Origin: a virus | Lineage: Duplodnaviria > Heunggongvirae > Uroviricota > Caudoviricetes | Virus record (IMG/VR): IMGVR_UViG_3300028886_000031 | Coordinates: 1-64,000 of that record | Strand: one strand, 5' to 3' | DNA: 64,000 nucleotides | Shown: positions 40,101 to 48,570 of the stretch, piece after piece | Layout: each line of letters begins with the position of its first letter | Position numbering within the stretch: the stretch's first letter is position 1 | Notes under the pieces: model-generated | Told to the model about the DNA's origin: nothing | Database searches by the model: none | The model's input: only the letters and a program-made list of their open reading frames with translations | Program-made: the position numbers and the translations under genes

Positions 40101-42509
40101 GGAATGGAAGGTATTTTGACACCTCAACAACTAGGCATTAAAATTGCTGAAGCTATTAGAGATTATATGTGTAGTCCAGATTTTGAAAGCATTTTTGATG
40201 AATATATAGCACAAGTGGATCCAGATTCATTTACAATGGATTATGCTTTACTATCATCATACGATCCAAGTTCTGGAATAACACTTGCTGATTTTCTTCT
40301 TAATAATTATTCTAATACTGTTTTACAATTAACCAACTCTCTAATAGAAAGATGTAGTTCTGTGATTAATACTGCTATAACAGTAAGTGATCCAACGATG
40401 AATTATTCTCCATTGTATTCTAGTGTTGTTAATAATCTTCAAAATGGAATAGATACAGTTTTAAGAGATTCTATGACTACATCAATAGAATCTGATGTAT
40501 CATCTATCTATGATGAATCTGTTCTTCCTGTAAATGAAGTTTGTGATATGGCATCTGATTGTTGCAGACAGTTATTAGATGTTAAAGATAATGTTCTTGA
40601 TAACCTTGTTGATAATATGTCTTTGGATTATAAAGCAGCAATTAATAATGCTTCTGATGTAATTAAGGATAATTTTAATTCTTTAGTTAATGATATAGAT
40701 CCATCTACTTATATAAATTATGGAACAGAGCTTCTATTGGATTCTGTAAATAAAACCATATCAACATTACAAGATACAAGTTCTGTTAATGGAGTTTTGT
40801 ATTCTTCCATGTATAATGGAATGGAATCGTTTATTAATCCATCCGTTTATTATATAGATACTCAACCGACTGTTTTACTTGATATATTAGATAGAGCTGG
40901 ACAGTTATTATGTGATTCCATAGTTGAAGTTGTTAAGGAAGAAGGTAGATCAGCTCTTCAATACTTAGAAGATGCTATAGATGCTAAGCCAATGTCTTTA
41001 TGGACTCAAGAAGAGATAGATGAAGCTGTTGTAAGACTGGATTTGTTAAATTCTTTTGCATATAGACCATTAGAAACTTTTGATTCTTTAAATGAATATG
41101 GATTCACTAGAAGTCAATTCATGACGAATGCACCAGAAACATTTACTAATCAGGTTATTTTAGATTCTGATTATCCAACTGTAGAAAGTCAAAAGAAAAA
41201 GATAATGCTGACAATAGATGATGTTATTGTTAAAGCAATTAATCTTATTAAAGATACATGTACAAAGACGTTAATTATAAATGATAATTTTATAGATAAC
41301 CAGTTTAACAAAAATGTAGATCTTACAAAGATATATACCATTCCTGGAGTTCGTACAAAGGAATGTTCATGCGAAACAGAAATAGTAGAGAATATTCCAT
41401 TATGGTGTGATTATGTAAATGTTGGTGGCTGTGGTTGTTTGTATGAATACACAATGTTCCTGAAGGATAGATTCTATAATCCAATTCATTGGATATGTGA
41501 ACATGACGGTATTAGAACATTTGGATTCTCTTTAAATCCAAATTTGGATAATTTGAATGATCCAACAAATTTACTTCATTCTAGTGAAATGATTTCTGCA
41601 AGAAACGCTGTTTTTGATTACTTCTTTAAAGATATAGATACAGATTTAGAGAGTAATATTTATCTTAAGAGAATAGATAATATTATGACATTATGTGAGC
41701 AAAACGATTTTGATGTTGTTATAAATCTCTTTGATTTTGGTTGTAAGACATATCCTTGGTTAGATGGTATTCCAGAGAGGATTAGATATACACACGAAAT
41801 GAAAGATGATAAACTTAAGAAATATCTCAAGTATATGACTCATAGGATCTTTTATAAGAGAGATAAAAATAACGAAGAGGTAAGAAGACACACGAAAGTT
41901 ATTTTCAATATTGGAAATGGAAGTTATGATAATACGGAAGATCCAAATAGAGAGATATTTGACATGTATCCTAATTGTGGTTTTATACGTGAGTTGGTAA
42001 TGTTCTTAGGCTATGAGTGTGAGGCAACAACTAATTTTATGGGTATGTCTGCAAATGAAAAAGATAATCTATATTATTATAGTCCATATGCAGAATTTCA
42101 AGTATATGACGATGGAATACAGAGAAACCTTGATGAATATTCCATGTGTTTAAGAGATAGAATAGATGGTAGCGATAATGGAAAATGTGATATTATAATA
42201 TATAATGATGATGGATCCATTAAGTCAGGATATTTTAAATATCTAACATCATGTAATGAAAAATCATATCCGATGTCTTATATTTATGATTTAAACTCTT
42301 GGTTAGATGAAAGATATAGTGCTATGGAAACAATAAGGGAACATTATACATTACCTGATGGAACATTAAACGCTAATGTAATGAATGCTATTTACAGTCC
42401 ATATTTCAGAAATGTTTTAAGATATATGTATAATGGTCATGATGCGTATTTTAAATTCAGAGAAGTTGAGTTTGATCCAATTACTGGAATGCCGAAGGAT
42501 GAGGATTAA
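37104..42509 (+). CDS. baseplate central spike (gp5/VgrG OB-fold + beta-helix) with ~1300-aa C-terminal extension
   Basis: YRALVVNAHDPKKTGRVKVHIP, PPKGSHVFLFFEKGDPSRPYY, 8-residue beta repeats (DIHIETLK-NIYIEAHE-DIHMTAHK), then Gly linker. Confidence 0.85.
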   Translation: MVVNGRLYGFYRALVVNAHDPKKTGRVKVHIPDIMLDKGWTGQWCDNGIWAHPANNMLGGRNTYDIDGVRCSHQDARYQGQCMIPPKGSHVFLFFEKGDPSRPYYFAAADYGQTKVLPENRVGSKWEEKWTLIKTHKGRAIVVSDEDGYDGRVEITGKKRAIHNSPDGDTESVFNIDGNQTVFLIDERTGSHEKVMLKDYRGNYIKMIQDEAGRNDQLHIFMKDDIHIETLKNIYIEAHEDIHMTAHKDIFITALNDMYIKVDKHFSEMAQLIDRYSETKDRRYAATNIEDKADVDYAMSAGANIKEMAGAMCGRDAGSSIADKAGGAWCAQASSTASMIGAGGAFVDGPQSAVNNGSAPVSPPKGIDPARPSQKATLPVPDPERHFTPTDDGWAPVAPEENPQNKCHQKFWKNPQWKNLSSPSQCHNAKVGGSGSGAASGTGGSGGGGGAGGGGGSGGAGGGSGAGGGAGGGGGSGGAGGSGGGGGARSSSPSANLATNAINKAIDITTNVSKNVADVTSNAATSIKDTINKVISTATNLPVTAANVVNGALGAVDAAASSVINGIGNTVQTAISATNYITSAVNSTVNGVDSAIKTSVQTLFEKISDNKVTNTINDVVTDAMSAALYGAHTASAVLGDVREMFYNTLVDAGNFTQAIATNTLGTVLNTVNLASAYANATMNNITGFMASNVNAICNNLSNAIGTAVDTGSGIVNNFANMALNVSGDVLSAGGNAIDNILSTLINGAIDTAKNTGETFYDSALDGIYSTMGMLSNAAKQQVVQQFYSRCCDFISSSPSVYNQNIIDGLAGFRTFINTLDITANVTNMFATQIVYNTVYCTKVIEDAYHKLPQITANTLTAYVFEGLISAVDSIQSRCNDYLISNIRNNMYQQIYSIDKFIYSTMDAASLLCTVYHEICDPLLTHDCNDFCLHNLVQISTDNFMDVVGSDLNECIDECISDSYGELVTDVIGSITDNIPTLEGLRAYIPVSIVDTYASLGMEGILTPQQLGIKIAEAIRDYMCSPDFESIFDEYIAQVDPDSFTMDYALLSSYDPSSGITLADFLLNNYSNTVLQLTNSLIERCSSVINTAITVSDPTMNYSPLYSSVVNNLQNGIDTVLRDSMTTSIESDVSSIYDESVLPVNEVCDMASDCCRQLLDVKDNVLDNLVDNMSLDYKAAINNASDVIKDNFNSLVNDIDPSTYINYGTELLLDSVNKTISTLQDTSSVNGVLYSSMYNGMESFINPSVYYIDTQPTVLLDILDRAGQLLCDSIVEVVKEEGRSALQYLEDAIDAKPMSLWTQEEIDEAVVRLDLLNSFAYRPLETFDSLNEYGFTRSQFMTNAPETFTNQVILDSDYPTVESQKKKIMLTIDDVIVKAINLIKDTCTKTLIINDNFIDNQFNKNVDLTKIYTIPGVRTKECSCETEIVENIPLWCDYVNVGGCGCLYEYTMFLKDRFYNPIHWICEHDGIRTFGFSLNPNLDNLNDPTNLLHSSEMISARNAVFDYFFKDIDTDLESNIYLKRIDNIMTLCEQNDFDVVINLFDFGCKTYPWLDGIPERIRYTHEMKDDKLKKYLKYMTHRIFYKRDKNNEEVRRHTKVIFNIGNGSYDNTEDPNREIFDMYPNCGFIRELVMFLGYECEATTNFMGMSANEKDNLYYYSPYAEFQVYDDGIQRNLDEYSMCLRDRIDGSDNGKCDIIIYNDDGSIKSGYFKYLTSCNEKSYPMSYIYDLNSWLDERYSAMETIREHYTLPDGTLNANVMNAIYSPYFRNVLRYMYNGHDAYFKFREVEFDPITGMPKDED
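38395..38567 (+). repeat. Gly/Ser/Ala linker with ~57-bp internal duplication
   Basis: GGAGGTTC(C/T)GGCG(G/C)AGGCGGTGGAGCCGGAGG(T/C)GGAGGAGGATCTGGTGGTGCT at about 38430 and 38487. Confidence 0.85.
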
Positions 42510-42511
42510 TT

Positions 42512-43651
42512 ATGTTGACATTAACTAAAATGAAGAGGGCTTATATAATAGATCATATAATGCCATCAGATCTAGATAAGAAAAATATAAAACATGGTCT
42601 CAAGCTTAAAGAAGAGATGATAGATAGTATAACGGATGATTATATTAAAACTATTATTCCAGATTGGAGACAAATAGAAAGAGATTATAGAAAACGCGGA
42701 GTATCGCAGTATATGGAGAAAGTTAATTGTGGCGAATTAACTTTGGACGATATATTAAAACCAAATCCAATACAATATGATGTATGGATAAGATGGAAAG
42801 ATTTTAATGTAACAGAATATAATAACAATCCAATGTATGGTCTAAAAGATTATGATTATGTTTGGAATCCTTTTAATGTTCTTGTATGTCATATAACAGA
42901 TCTAAAAAACGATGGCGCTGATAATGTTCTTATGACATGGGATACAGATAAGTATATAGCAACTTTTAATAATGTTAATTATACATTTTCCAAATTAGAA
43001 CATAATTATCAACTTAAGATAAATGATAGCGAATTCACCGTATCATCTATCGATAATAATGTTCTATACTTCAATAAAGATACTGTAAAAATAGAATGTT
43101 CCAATGTATATAGAGATGGTTATTCTGAATGGATTAAGTCTGATGATAAAAGACAGTTCGAATTTAAGAATAAAAAAGACACAGTATTTCAAATGAAAAT
43201 TGTTATGTATGGTGATAACCATAATAGATATTTTCCATTTCAAAGTTATGATATTACTAATGGATGGCAATACATATCTGATGATGTAGAACTTTATGAT
43301 TTTGAGACTGGTATGAATGAACAATTTTACAGGCTATTTTTTAGAAATAGACCTGGATATGGCGATATTATGTATAAAGGTTGGAAATATGAAAATATAG
43401 ATTGGTTTAGAATTAATTATCCATCATTGGTTGATGGAAATAAAGTTAACGCTAGCACAATATTATGCGATCCATTTCGTGTAAAATACAATGAACCTCC
43501 ACCAAATCCACAAGATGTAAATAGAAATATGTCTGGATCTATGGTTGTTATGTTGGGTAGACAATGGGTTAAATCAAAATATCTATGTGATATGTATTTG
43601 CTATGTAATTTTTCAATTCATATTGATAATATTGTTTTAAATAATGTATAG
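42512..43651 (+). CDS. hypothetical protein (tail module)
   Basis: 379-aa aromatic-rich ORF abutting the spike gene. Confidence 0.65.
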   Translation: MLTLTKMKRAYIIDHIMPSDLDKKNIKHGLKLKEEMIDSITDDYIKTIIPDWRQIERDYRKRGVSQYMEKVNCGELTLDDILKPNPIQYDVWIRWKDFNVTEYNNNPMYGLKDYDYVWNPFNVLVCHITDLKNDGADNVLMTWDTDKYIATFNNVNYTFSKLEHNYQLKINDSEFTVSSIDNNVLYFNKDTVKIECSNVYRDGYSEWIKSDDKRQFEFKNKKDTVFQMKIVMYGDNHNRYFPFQSYDITNGWQYISDDVELYDFETGMNEQFYRLFFRNRPGYGDIMYKGWKYENIDWFRINYPSLVDGNKVNASTILCDPFRVKYNEPPPNPQDVNRNMSGSMVVMLGRQWVKSKYLCDMYLLCNFSIHIDNIVLNNV

Positions 43652-43659
43652 GAGATAAT

Positions 43660-44745
43660 ATGGGAGTAATCGCTGACGCACTTGTTGGACCGGCAGTAAG
43701 TCCAAGTATAATATCGGCAATGAATAAAATCACCAGTCAGGAATCTGTCGAACATAAGAACGTAACACCAGAAAAGAACATTAAAGGAAGTGTGAATTGT
43801 GGCGGTGGTGGAGGTGGGGGAGGAAGTGGATGTGGAAAACCTGCTGCATGTGGCGGCTGTGCTAAAAAAACAAAATCCTGCGGTGGAGGCGGAGGAGGGT
43901 GCGGAGGAAGCAAAAAAGAAAATCCGGAAAAAGGTGAATTTAAAGTTGTTTTTAAAGATTTTAACGGAAAAGTAATTTCTACGGATTTCCAGGGAAATAA
44001 CATAGGGAGTGTTCAAAAAGTAGAAAAAGATAGTTCTGCAGCAAAGCCATGGAATAGTCCGGATGAGGCAGACCAACATAAACAGGGAAAAATTGATGGA
44101 TATATGTTTAAGGAATGGAGTGTTTCGGATACTGATTTATCTACTGTTACAAAAGATCTAGAAGCAAAAGCCGTATACGAAAAAGATACAAGAGATTTTA
44201 TGACGGATTCCTCTTATGAAGAACAGATAGAGGAAATAAATGAATTTAGAGATAATTGTGTATCAGAGTATAATAATTGTATAGATGGTTGTCTAGATAC
44301 AATAGATCAAACATCTACTTGTATTAACGGCGAAAGTGTAACTGGTAGATCCGCTAGAGCAATTAACATGAATGCTGTAATGATTGTACTAGAACAGCAT
44401 AAGGATGAAGTAATTGAAGATCTTAGACCAAAGTTTGAGGATACAAAGAAATGTATAATGAATATACAAAGTACTTATATTTTTCAAACTAGAATGTTAT
44501 TTAATTATGAATGTGAAGAATGCCGAAGTAGTATAGATAAGAATGTAGACGAATTATGGGATATTCTCGTAACAGATGAACCAATAGAACAGAGACTTAA
44601 TGAAATGAAGGAAGAGTTTGATACTCAGATTTATGATATAACAGAAGATAACGCTGAGGCATTTAAACAGTTTAAAGATGATCTCAATAAATATATAAAG
44701 GATTTAAATAGTTGTTTTCCTTCTCCAGTACTCCAACAAATGTAA
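43660..44745 (+). CDS. protein with Gly/Cys-rich segment and InlB B-repeat (Flg_new)-like domain
   Basis: CGGGGGGGGSGCGKPAACGGC; FKVVFKDFNG...GYMFKEWS...VTKDLEAKAVY. Confidence 0.6.
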   Translation: MGVIADALVGPAVSPSIISAMNKITSQESVEHKNVTPEKNIKGSVNCGGGGGGGGSGCGKPAACGGCAKKTKSCGGGGGGCGGSKKENPEKGEFKVVFKDFNGKVISTDFQGNNIGSVQKVEKDSSAAKPWNSPDEADQHKQGKIDGYMFKEWSVSDTDLSTVTKDLEAKAVYEKDTRDFMTDSSYEEQIEEINEFRDNCVSEYNNCIDGCLDTIDQTSTCINGESVTGRSARAINMNAVMIVLEQHKDEVIEDLRPKFEDTKKCIMNIQSTYIFQTRMLFNYECEECRSSIDKNVDELWDILVTDEPIEQRLNEMKEEFDTQIYDITEDNAEAFKQFKDDLNKYIKDLNSCFPSPVLQQM

Positions 44746-44751
44746 AATACT

Positions 44752-45285
44752 ATGGTCGATCAATATATTACCACGAATCTTGGAACAGCTCCAAGAAGAT
44801 TCTTTTTTATCATAATACATGATACAAATTGTCAGTGGGAAAATTCAGATCTCTATAGAATAGATAAGAGGATGTTTCAGTCTGGACCAATGAGAGCCAG
44901 ATTTAGAACAGAAAAACATTATGACGAAATGCCTTATCATTTTATAGTTGAAAAGATAGGAGAGAATTTTCAAACAATTGTTGGTAGACCTCTACAGTAT
45001 TCTTGTGAAGATGAATATCCAGATATAGATTCTTATTATAGTAAATATGGCATACATGTATGCCTGATGGGAAACTATAATATTAATTTTGTAATTCCAA
45101 GATTATATCAGCAGTTGGCTTATAGAGTTATATGTCCAATGATGAAAACATATAGAATTACAAAAAGTAGAATCTTTACTCATGGTGAGATTTCAACAGA
45201 ACATCCAGATTGTCCTGGATTTAATTTTAGTAAACAGACTCTGTTCTCGTTTATGACAAAATTCTTACGTGGAATTAATTCTTAA
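44752..45285 (+). CDS. N-acetylmuramoyl-L-alanine amidase (Amidase_2, T7 lysozyme-like)
   Basis: IIIHDT, PYHFIV, GRP, GIHVCLMGNY, THGE, DCPG (His/His/Cys zinc ligands). Confidence 0.85.
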   Translation: MVDQYITTNLGTAPRRFFFIIIHDTNCQWENSDLYRIDKRMFQSGPMRARFRTEKHYDEMPYHFIVEKIGENFQTIVGRPLQYSCEDEYPDIDSYYSKYGIHVCLMGNYNINFVIPRLYQQLAYRVICPMMKTYRITKSRIFTHGEISTEHPDCPGFNFSKQTLFSFMTKFLRGINS

Positions 45286-45301
45286 AAAAGGTTGTTAAGC
45301 T

Positions 45302-45940
45302 ATGAAATTTGAAAACTTTTATTGTTTGTCAATTAGACAAGATAGATATTCCGTATTATGTAAAAACTTTGAAAAATTCGGACTTCCAATACCAAAAATG
45401 TTCGAAGGTTTTCGATGTGATGAAAAAGCAGAAAAATGCTGTCTCTTTGGACATATGAGTCTAATAATGATGGCACGAGCATTAGATTTTCCACATATTT
45501 TTATATTTGAGGATGATGCTTATCCAAGAAAAGATGTTGTTGAAAGGATGAGTCATTATATAGATAACAGACCTGCTAATTGTGGAGTTCTCGTCTTAGG
45601 TAGAAATGGAGAAGCTGGACCAATATCTAGACATGGTGATTATCATATTGTAGTACATAGACCTTTTGGTGCACATGCTTATTTAGTATATAAGAGTGCA
45701 TACGATGAAATTTTAAGTTCCATGGAAAAGGCAAAGATCGCTGATATAGCTCTAAAAGGTGAGAATTTTACAAATGTAAAACCATATTGGACAAATGAAT
45801 ATCTTTTTATACAGAAGAATATGGATAATAACTGTATGTCAAAAGGTCTTGTAAATAAATATGGAATGTATTTTTATCCAGCTCCAAATGGTGGTTTAGG
45901 AGTACATAGACATTTGCCAATGGATGGTAAATGGGAATAA
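45302..45940 (+). CDS. glycosyltransferase family 25-like (second copy)
   Basis: CCLFGH, IFEDDAYPR, GAHAYLV, LFIQKN shared with 17033..17953. Confidence 0.75.
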   Translation: MKFENFYCLSIRQDRYSVLCKNFEKFGLPIPKMFEGFRCDEKAEKCCLFGHMSLIMMARALDFPHIFIFEDDAYPRKDVVERMSHYIDNRPANCGVLVLGRNGEAGPISRHGDYHIVVHRPFGAHAYLVYKSAYDEILSSMEKAKIADIALKGENFTNVKPYWTNEYLFIQKNMDNNCMSKGLVNKYGMYFYPAPNGGLGVHRHLPMDGKWE

Positions 45941-46530
45941 AATTAAAAATCATTATGAAATATAGTTTTATAACAGAGAGTAAGAAATCCCTTACCAAAA
46001 ATGGTACTCCTCCAAATAAGAAGTCTGAGATTATACCTTCGAATGTTAATGTAACTATAGATCAGAATATGGCTGATGATTTTACAAAGCCAGAGAATGT
46101 AAGTCCAAAAACAGTTTATACTAGAAGATTACAGGTAAAGTTAATCAAACAGATTCTAGGAAAATGTCCAACTGCTAAGGCATTTAGAGATACGTTTAAA
46201 AACTCTCCAATTGGATCTATGAGAAGGTTGTGTGACCTAATCACAGATGAAACACCTTTACAAGAATATATAGATTTCTTGCAATACAAGGTTGTAAGAT
46301 GGTCTATGAAGGATAAGTTAATCCAGATGGTACTTGCTGGATTCTTTGGATCTGTTGTTGGAGCTATTATTGGAGCTTTATCTACATTTACATCTTACGC
46401 TCCAAAGAATTTAACAATAGATCAGAATGCTGCTATTGGAGCTGGAGCTGGAGCTTTACTTGGTGGCACCGGCGGGGCTATAAGATATGACTGGTATGAT
46501 AATGACTCTGTTGAAAAGAGCATTAAGTAA
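45931..46530 (+). CDS. glycine-zipper membrane-type protein, paralogue of 31186..31776
   Basis: GFFGSVVGAIIG and GAGAGALLGGTGG; FITE near the N-terminus. Confidence 0.6.
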   Translation: MGIKLKIIMKYSFITESKKSLTKNGTPPNKKSEIIPSNVNVTIDQNMADDFTKPENVSPKTVYTRRLQVKLIKQILGKCPTAKAFRDTFKNSPIGSMRRLCDLITDETPLQEYIDFLQYKVVRWSMKDKLIQMVLAGFFGSVVGAIIGALSTFTSYAPKNLTIDQNAAIGAGAGALLGGTGGAIRYDWYDNDSVEKSIK

Positions 46531-46531
46531 A

Positions 46532-46559
46532 TCCCGTTCTACAAAGAAGTAGAACGGGA
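46532..46559. terminator. hairpin between convergent genes
   Basis: TCCCGTTCTAC-AAAGAA-GTAGAACGGGA. Confidence 0.7.
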
Positions 46560-46572
46560 CTTACCGTTGATT

Positions 46573-48003
46573 TTAGTAGCACATATCTATTTTCTGACGA
46601 ATCTTATCTAATTCGGCATCAAGTTTCCCACTAAAATATTTATTGTAGAAATCTACAATTTCCGTTTCTATCTGGTTAATCGGGAATGTCATAATCTGAT
46701 TTCCAGTAATAAAGTCTACATAATCATTCTTTGTGATCTTACCAATTAATAGACTGTAGATCTCATATACACTTGCTCTATTTTTAAATCCAAGAAAATG
46801 ATCAAATGTTTCCAAGAACTTATTTAGATTCTTAATCTTATAAGATGTCTTTGTGATAGGTCTCTGAAGATTATGATAGAGAAGTATCTTTCTTATATAA
46901 GGATAATGTTCCTCAAAGTATGTTCCTTCCATTAACTTATAAAGAAGAATGTTAAGAATATAAGATGTAGATACGGACAAAGTCTGGAAATGTCTAAAAG
47001 GAATATCTAGAATCTTACAAAGAATCGGATATGTAATACACTCAGATACAACAGACAATTCTTTAATGGATTCTATCTTACTTTTAAATTCTTCAATCTT
47101 GGCATCTTTGCGTTCATTCTCTTCAAAAAGCTGATCTAATGCATCATATGCCATTACACAGAGTTGTCCTATTGTATTGTTATGTGCATATGTCTTAAGA
47201 TTATCTCTACCAACTACACTATTAACATCTTGTGTTGAAATACTATCACTGTATACAATAGAATCCTTGTATGTGGTTCTTAAAATCCATTTAATAGATT
47301 CATCAATAACAGATATAAGATAAGGAATCGGATTCATTGTTGTTTCACATGTTACGATAATGTAATTTACAACGAAGTTAAATATACTTGTGATGTGCAT
47401 ATCCGGAGTACGACAGAACATATTCTGAATATACTGCCACATGAACTTATCAGAAGAATTATATTCAAAAGTCTTGGAAGATACTATTTTATGAAGCTTA
47501 ATTATAATTGGTGAATTTACAATGTTCTCTACGAGTTTCTGGAATATTTTGTTATTGAAACGCTGTGGGATATCCATGTTCATATCTTTATATAAAGTAT
47601 AATATACTTTAAGATACGAAGATGTTTTTACAATTTCTTTAATTTCATCAGAATCAAAAAAGATGCTAGATTTAGATGCTTTGGATTTATCGATATAACC
47701 TTCAAAATCGATATTCAGTTTTTCAATGTATTTATTGCAGAATTCTTTAATCTTTGGAATTTGACTGTATATAATCTGAAAATCTTGTTTGTCTAAATAG
47801 TCATTAACAAGTTTAACGTACCAGTCTTCACATTCTTTTCCAAGATCATTACACATGTTCTGAACGAAGTTAAACAGAACATCATATTTATTAGATCCAG
47901 GACTATAAATAAGATCGTATTTGTGTATCTTCTTTTCGTTTCCATTTTCGTCTATCTGTGTAAGAACATATTGACGTTTTTCTGGACTTGTGAATTTGAT
48001 CAT
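46573..48003 (-). CDS. candidate sigma-like RNAP promoter-specificity subunit (AR9 gp226 / phiKZ gp68-like)
   Basis: 476 aa, apparently helical, divergent from the RNAP genes; strong SD and class A motif; family call rests mainly on size and context. Confidence 0.4.
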   Translation of the reverse strand: MIKFTSPEKRQYVLTQIDENGNEKKIHKYDLIYSPGSNKYDVLFNFVQNMCNDLGKECEDWYVKLVNDYLDKQDFQIIYSQIPKIKEFCNKYIEKLNIDFEGYIDKSKASKSSIFFDSDEIKEIVKTSSYLKVYYTLYKDMNMDIPQRFNNKIFQKLVENIVNSPIIIKLHKIVSSKTFEYNSSDKFMWQYIQNMFCRTPDMHITSIFNFVVNYIIVTCETTMNPIPYLISVIDESIKWILRTTYKDSIVYSDSISTQDVNSVVGRDNLKTYAHNNTIGQLCVMAYDALDQLFEENERKDAKIEEFKSKIESIKELSVVSECITYPILCKILDIPFRHFQTLSVSTSYILNILLYKLMEGTYFEEHYPYIRKILLYHNLQRPITKTSYKIKNLNKFLETFDHFLGFKNRASVYEIYSLLIGKITKNDYVDFITGNQIMTFPINQIETEIVDFYNKYFSGKLDAELDKIRQKIDMCY

Positions 48004-48042
48004 TTTGTTTCTCCTTTAAAAAATGGCTCTTATCATAGGTGT

Positions 48043-48068
48043 ATATATATAGTGATAAAAACCATTTA
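48043..48068 (-). promoter_or_regulatory. putative phage promoter, class A
   Basis: Minus strand TAAATG-N12-ATATATAT. Confidence 0.45.
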
Positions 48069-48153
48069 TAGTAAAGTCTTTTTATACGATATTAAATACC
48101 AAAATTATCTTATTATATACAACAATGGTTATGTTTAATAAATATAAAATAAA

Positions 48154-48570
48154 TTGAATATCATTTCTATGGATATATTGCTAGAAGAAAATATGGTGAC
48201 AGCCATATACAACACATACAAGAATAGAAAAGAAAAATGTGATTACAACTGTGGTCAGAAATTTATGAATGATAAATTTCTGCAGCCAAAGCTTAATGTC
48301 TGTAAAGCAAATTGTGATGTAATATGGGAAAGCCAATATGTAAGAGAACTTCAGGCTTATATATCTGGCAATATGTCTAATCTAAATTCTGAGTACGCAA
48401 CCGATTTAAGAAAAAGATTAGATATAGCAAAGAAAAGATTATATAATTCTAAAGCCAGACTCATCAAAACAAGAATGATGTTAAATAAAGTTCTGTATGG
48501 ACGTAGGGCAAGTATGTCTATGACTCCAGTTAAAAACGGTCCAGCATTTGAAAGAATAGGTACTATATGA
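48154..48570 (+). CDS. hypothetical protein (possible head protein)
   Basis: ILLEE near the N-terminus; CxxxC pairs; overlaps the beta' start. Confidence 0.55.
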   Translation: MNIISMDILLEENMVTAIYNTYKNRKEKCDYNCGQKFMNDKFLQPKLNVCKANCDVIWESQYVRELQAYISGNMSNLNSEYATDLRKRLDIAKKRLYNSKARLIKTRMMLNKVLYGRRASMSMTPVKNGPAFERIGTI

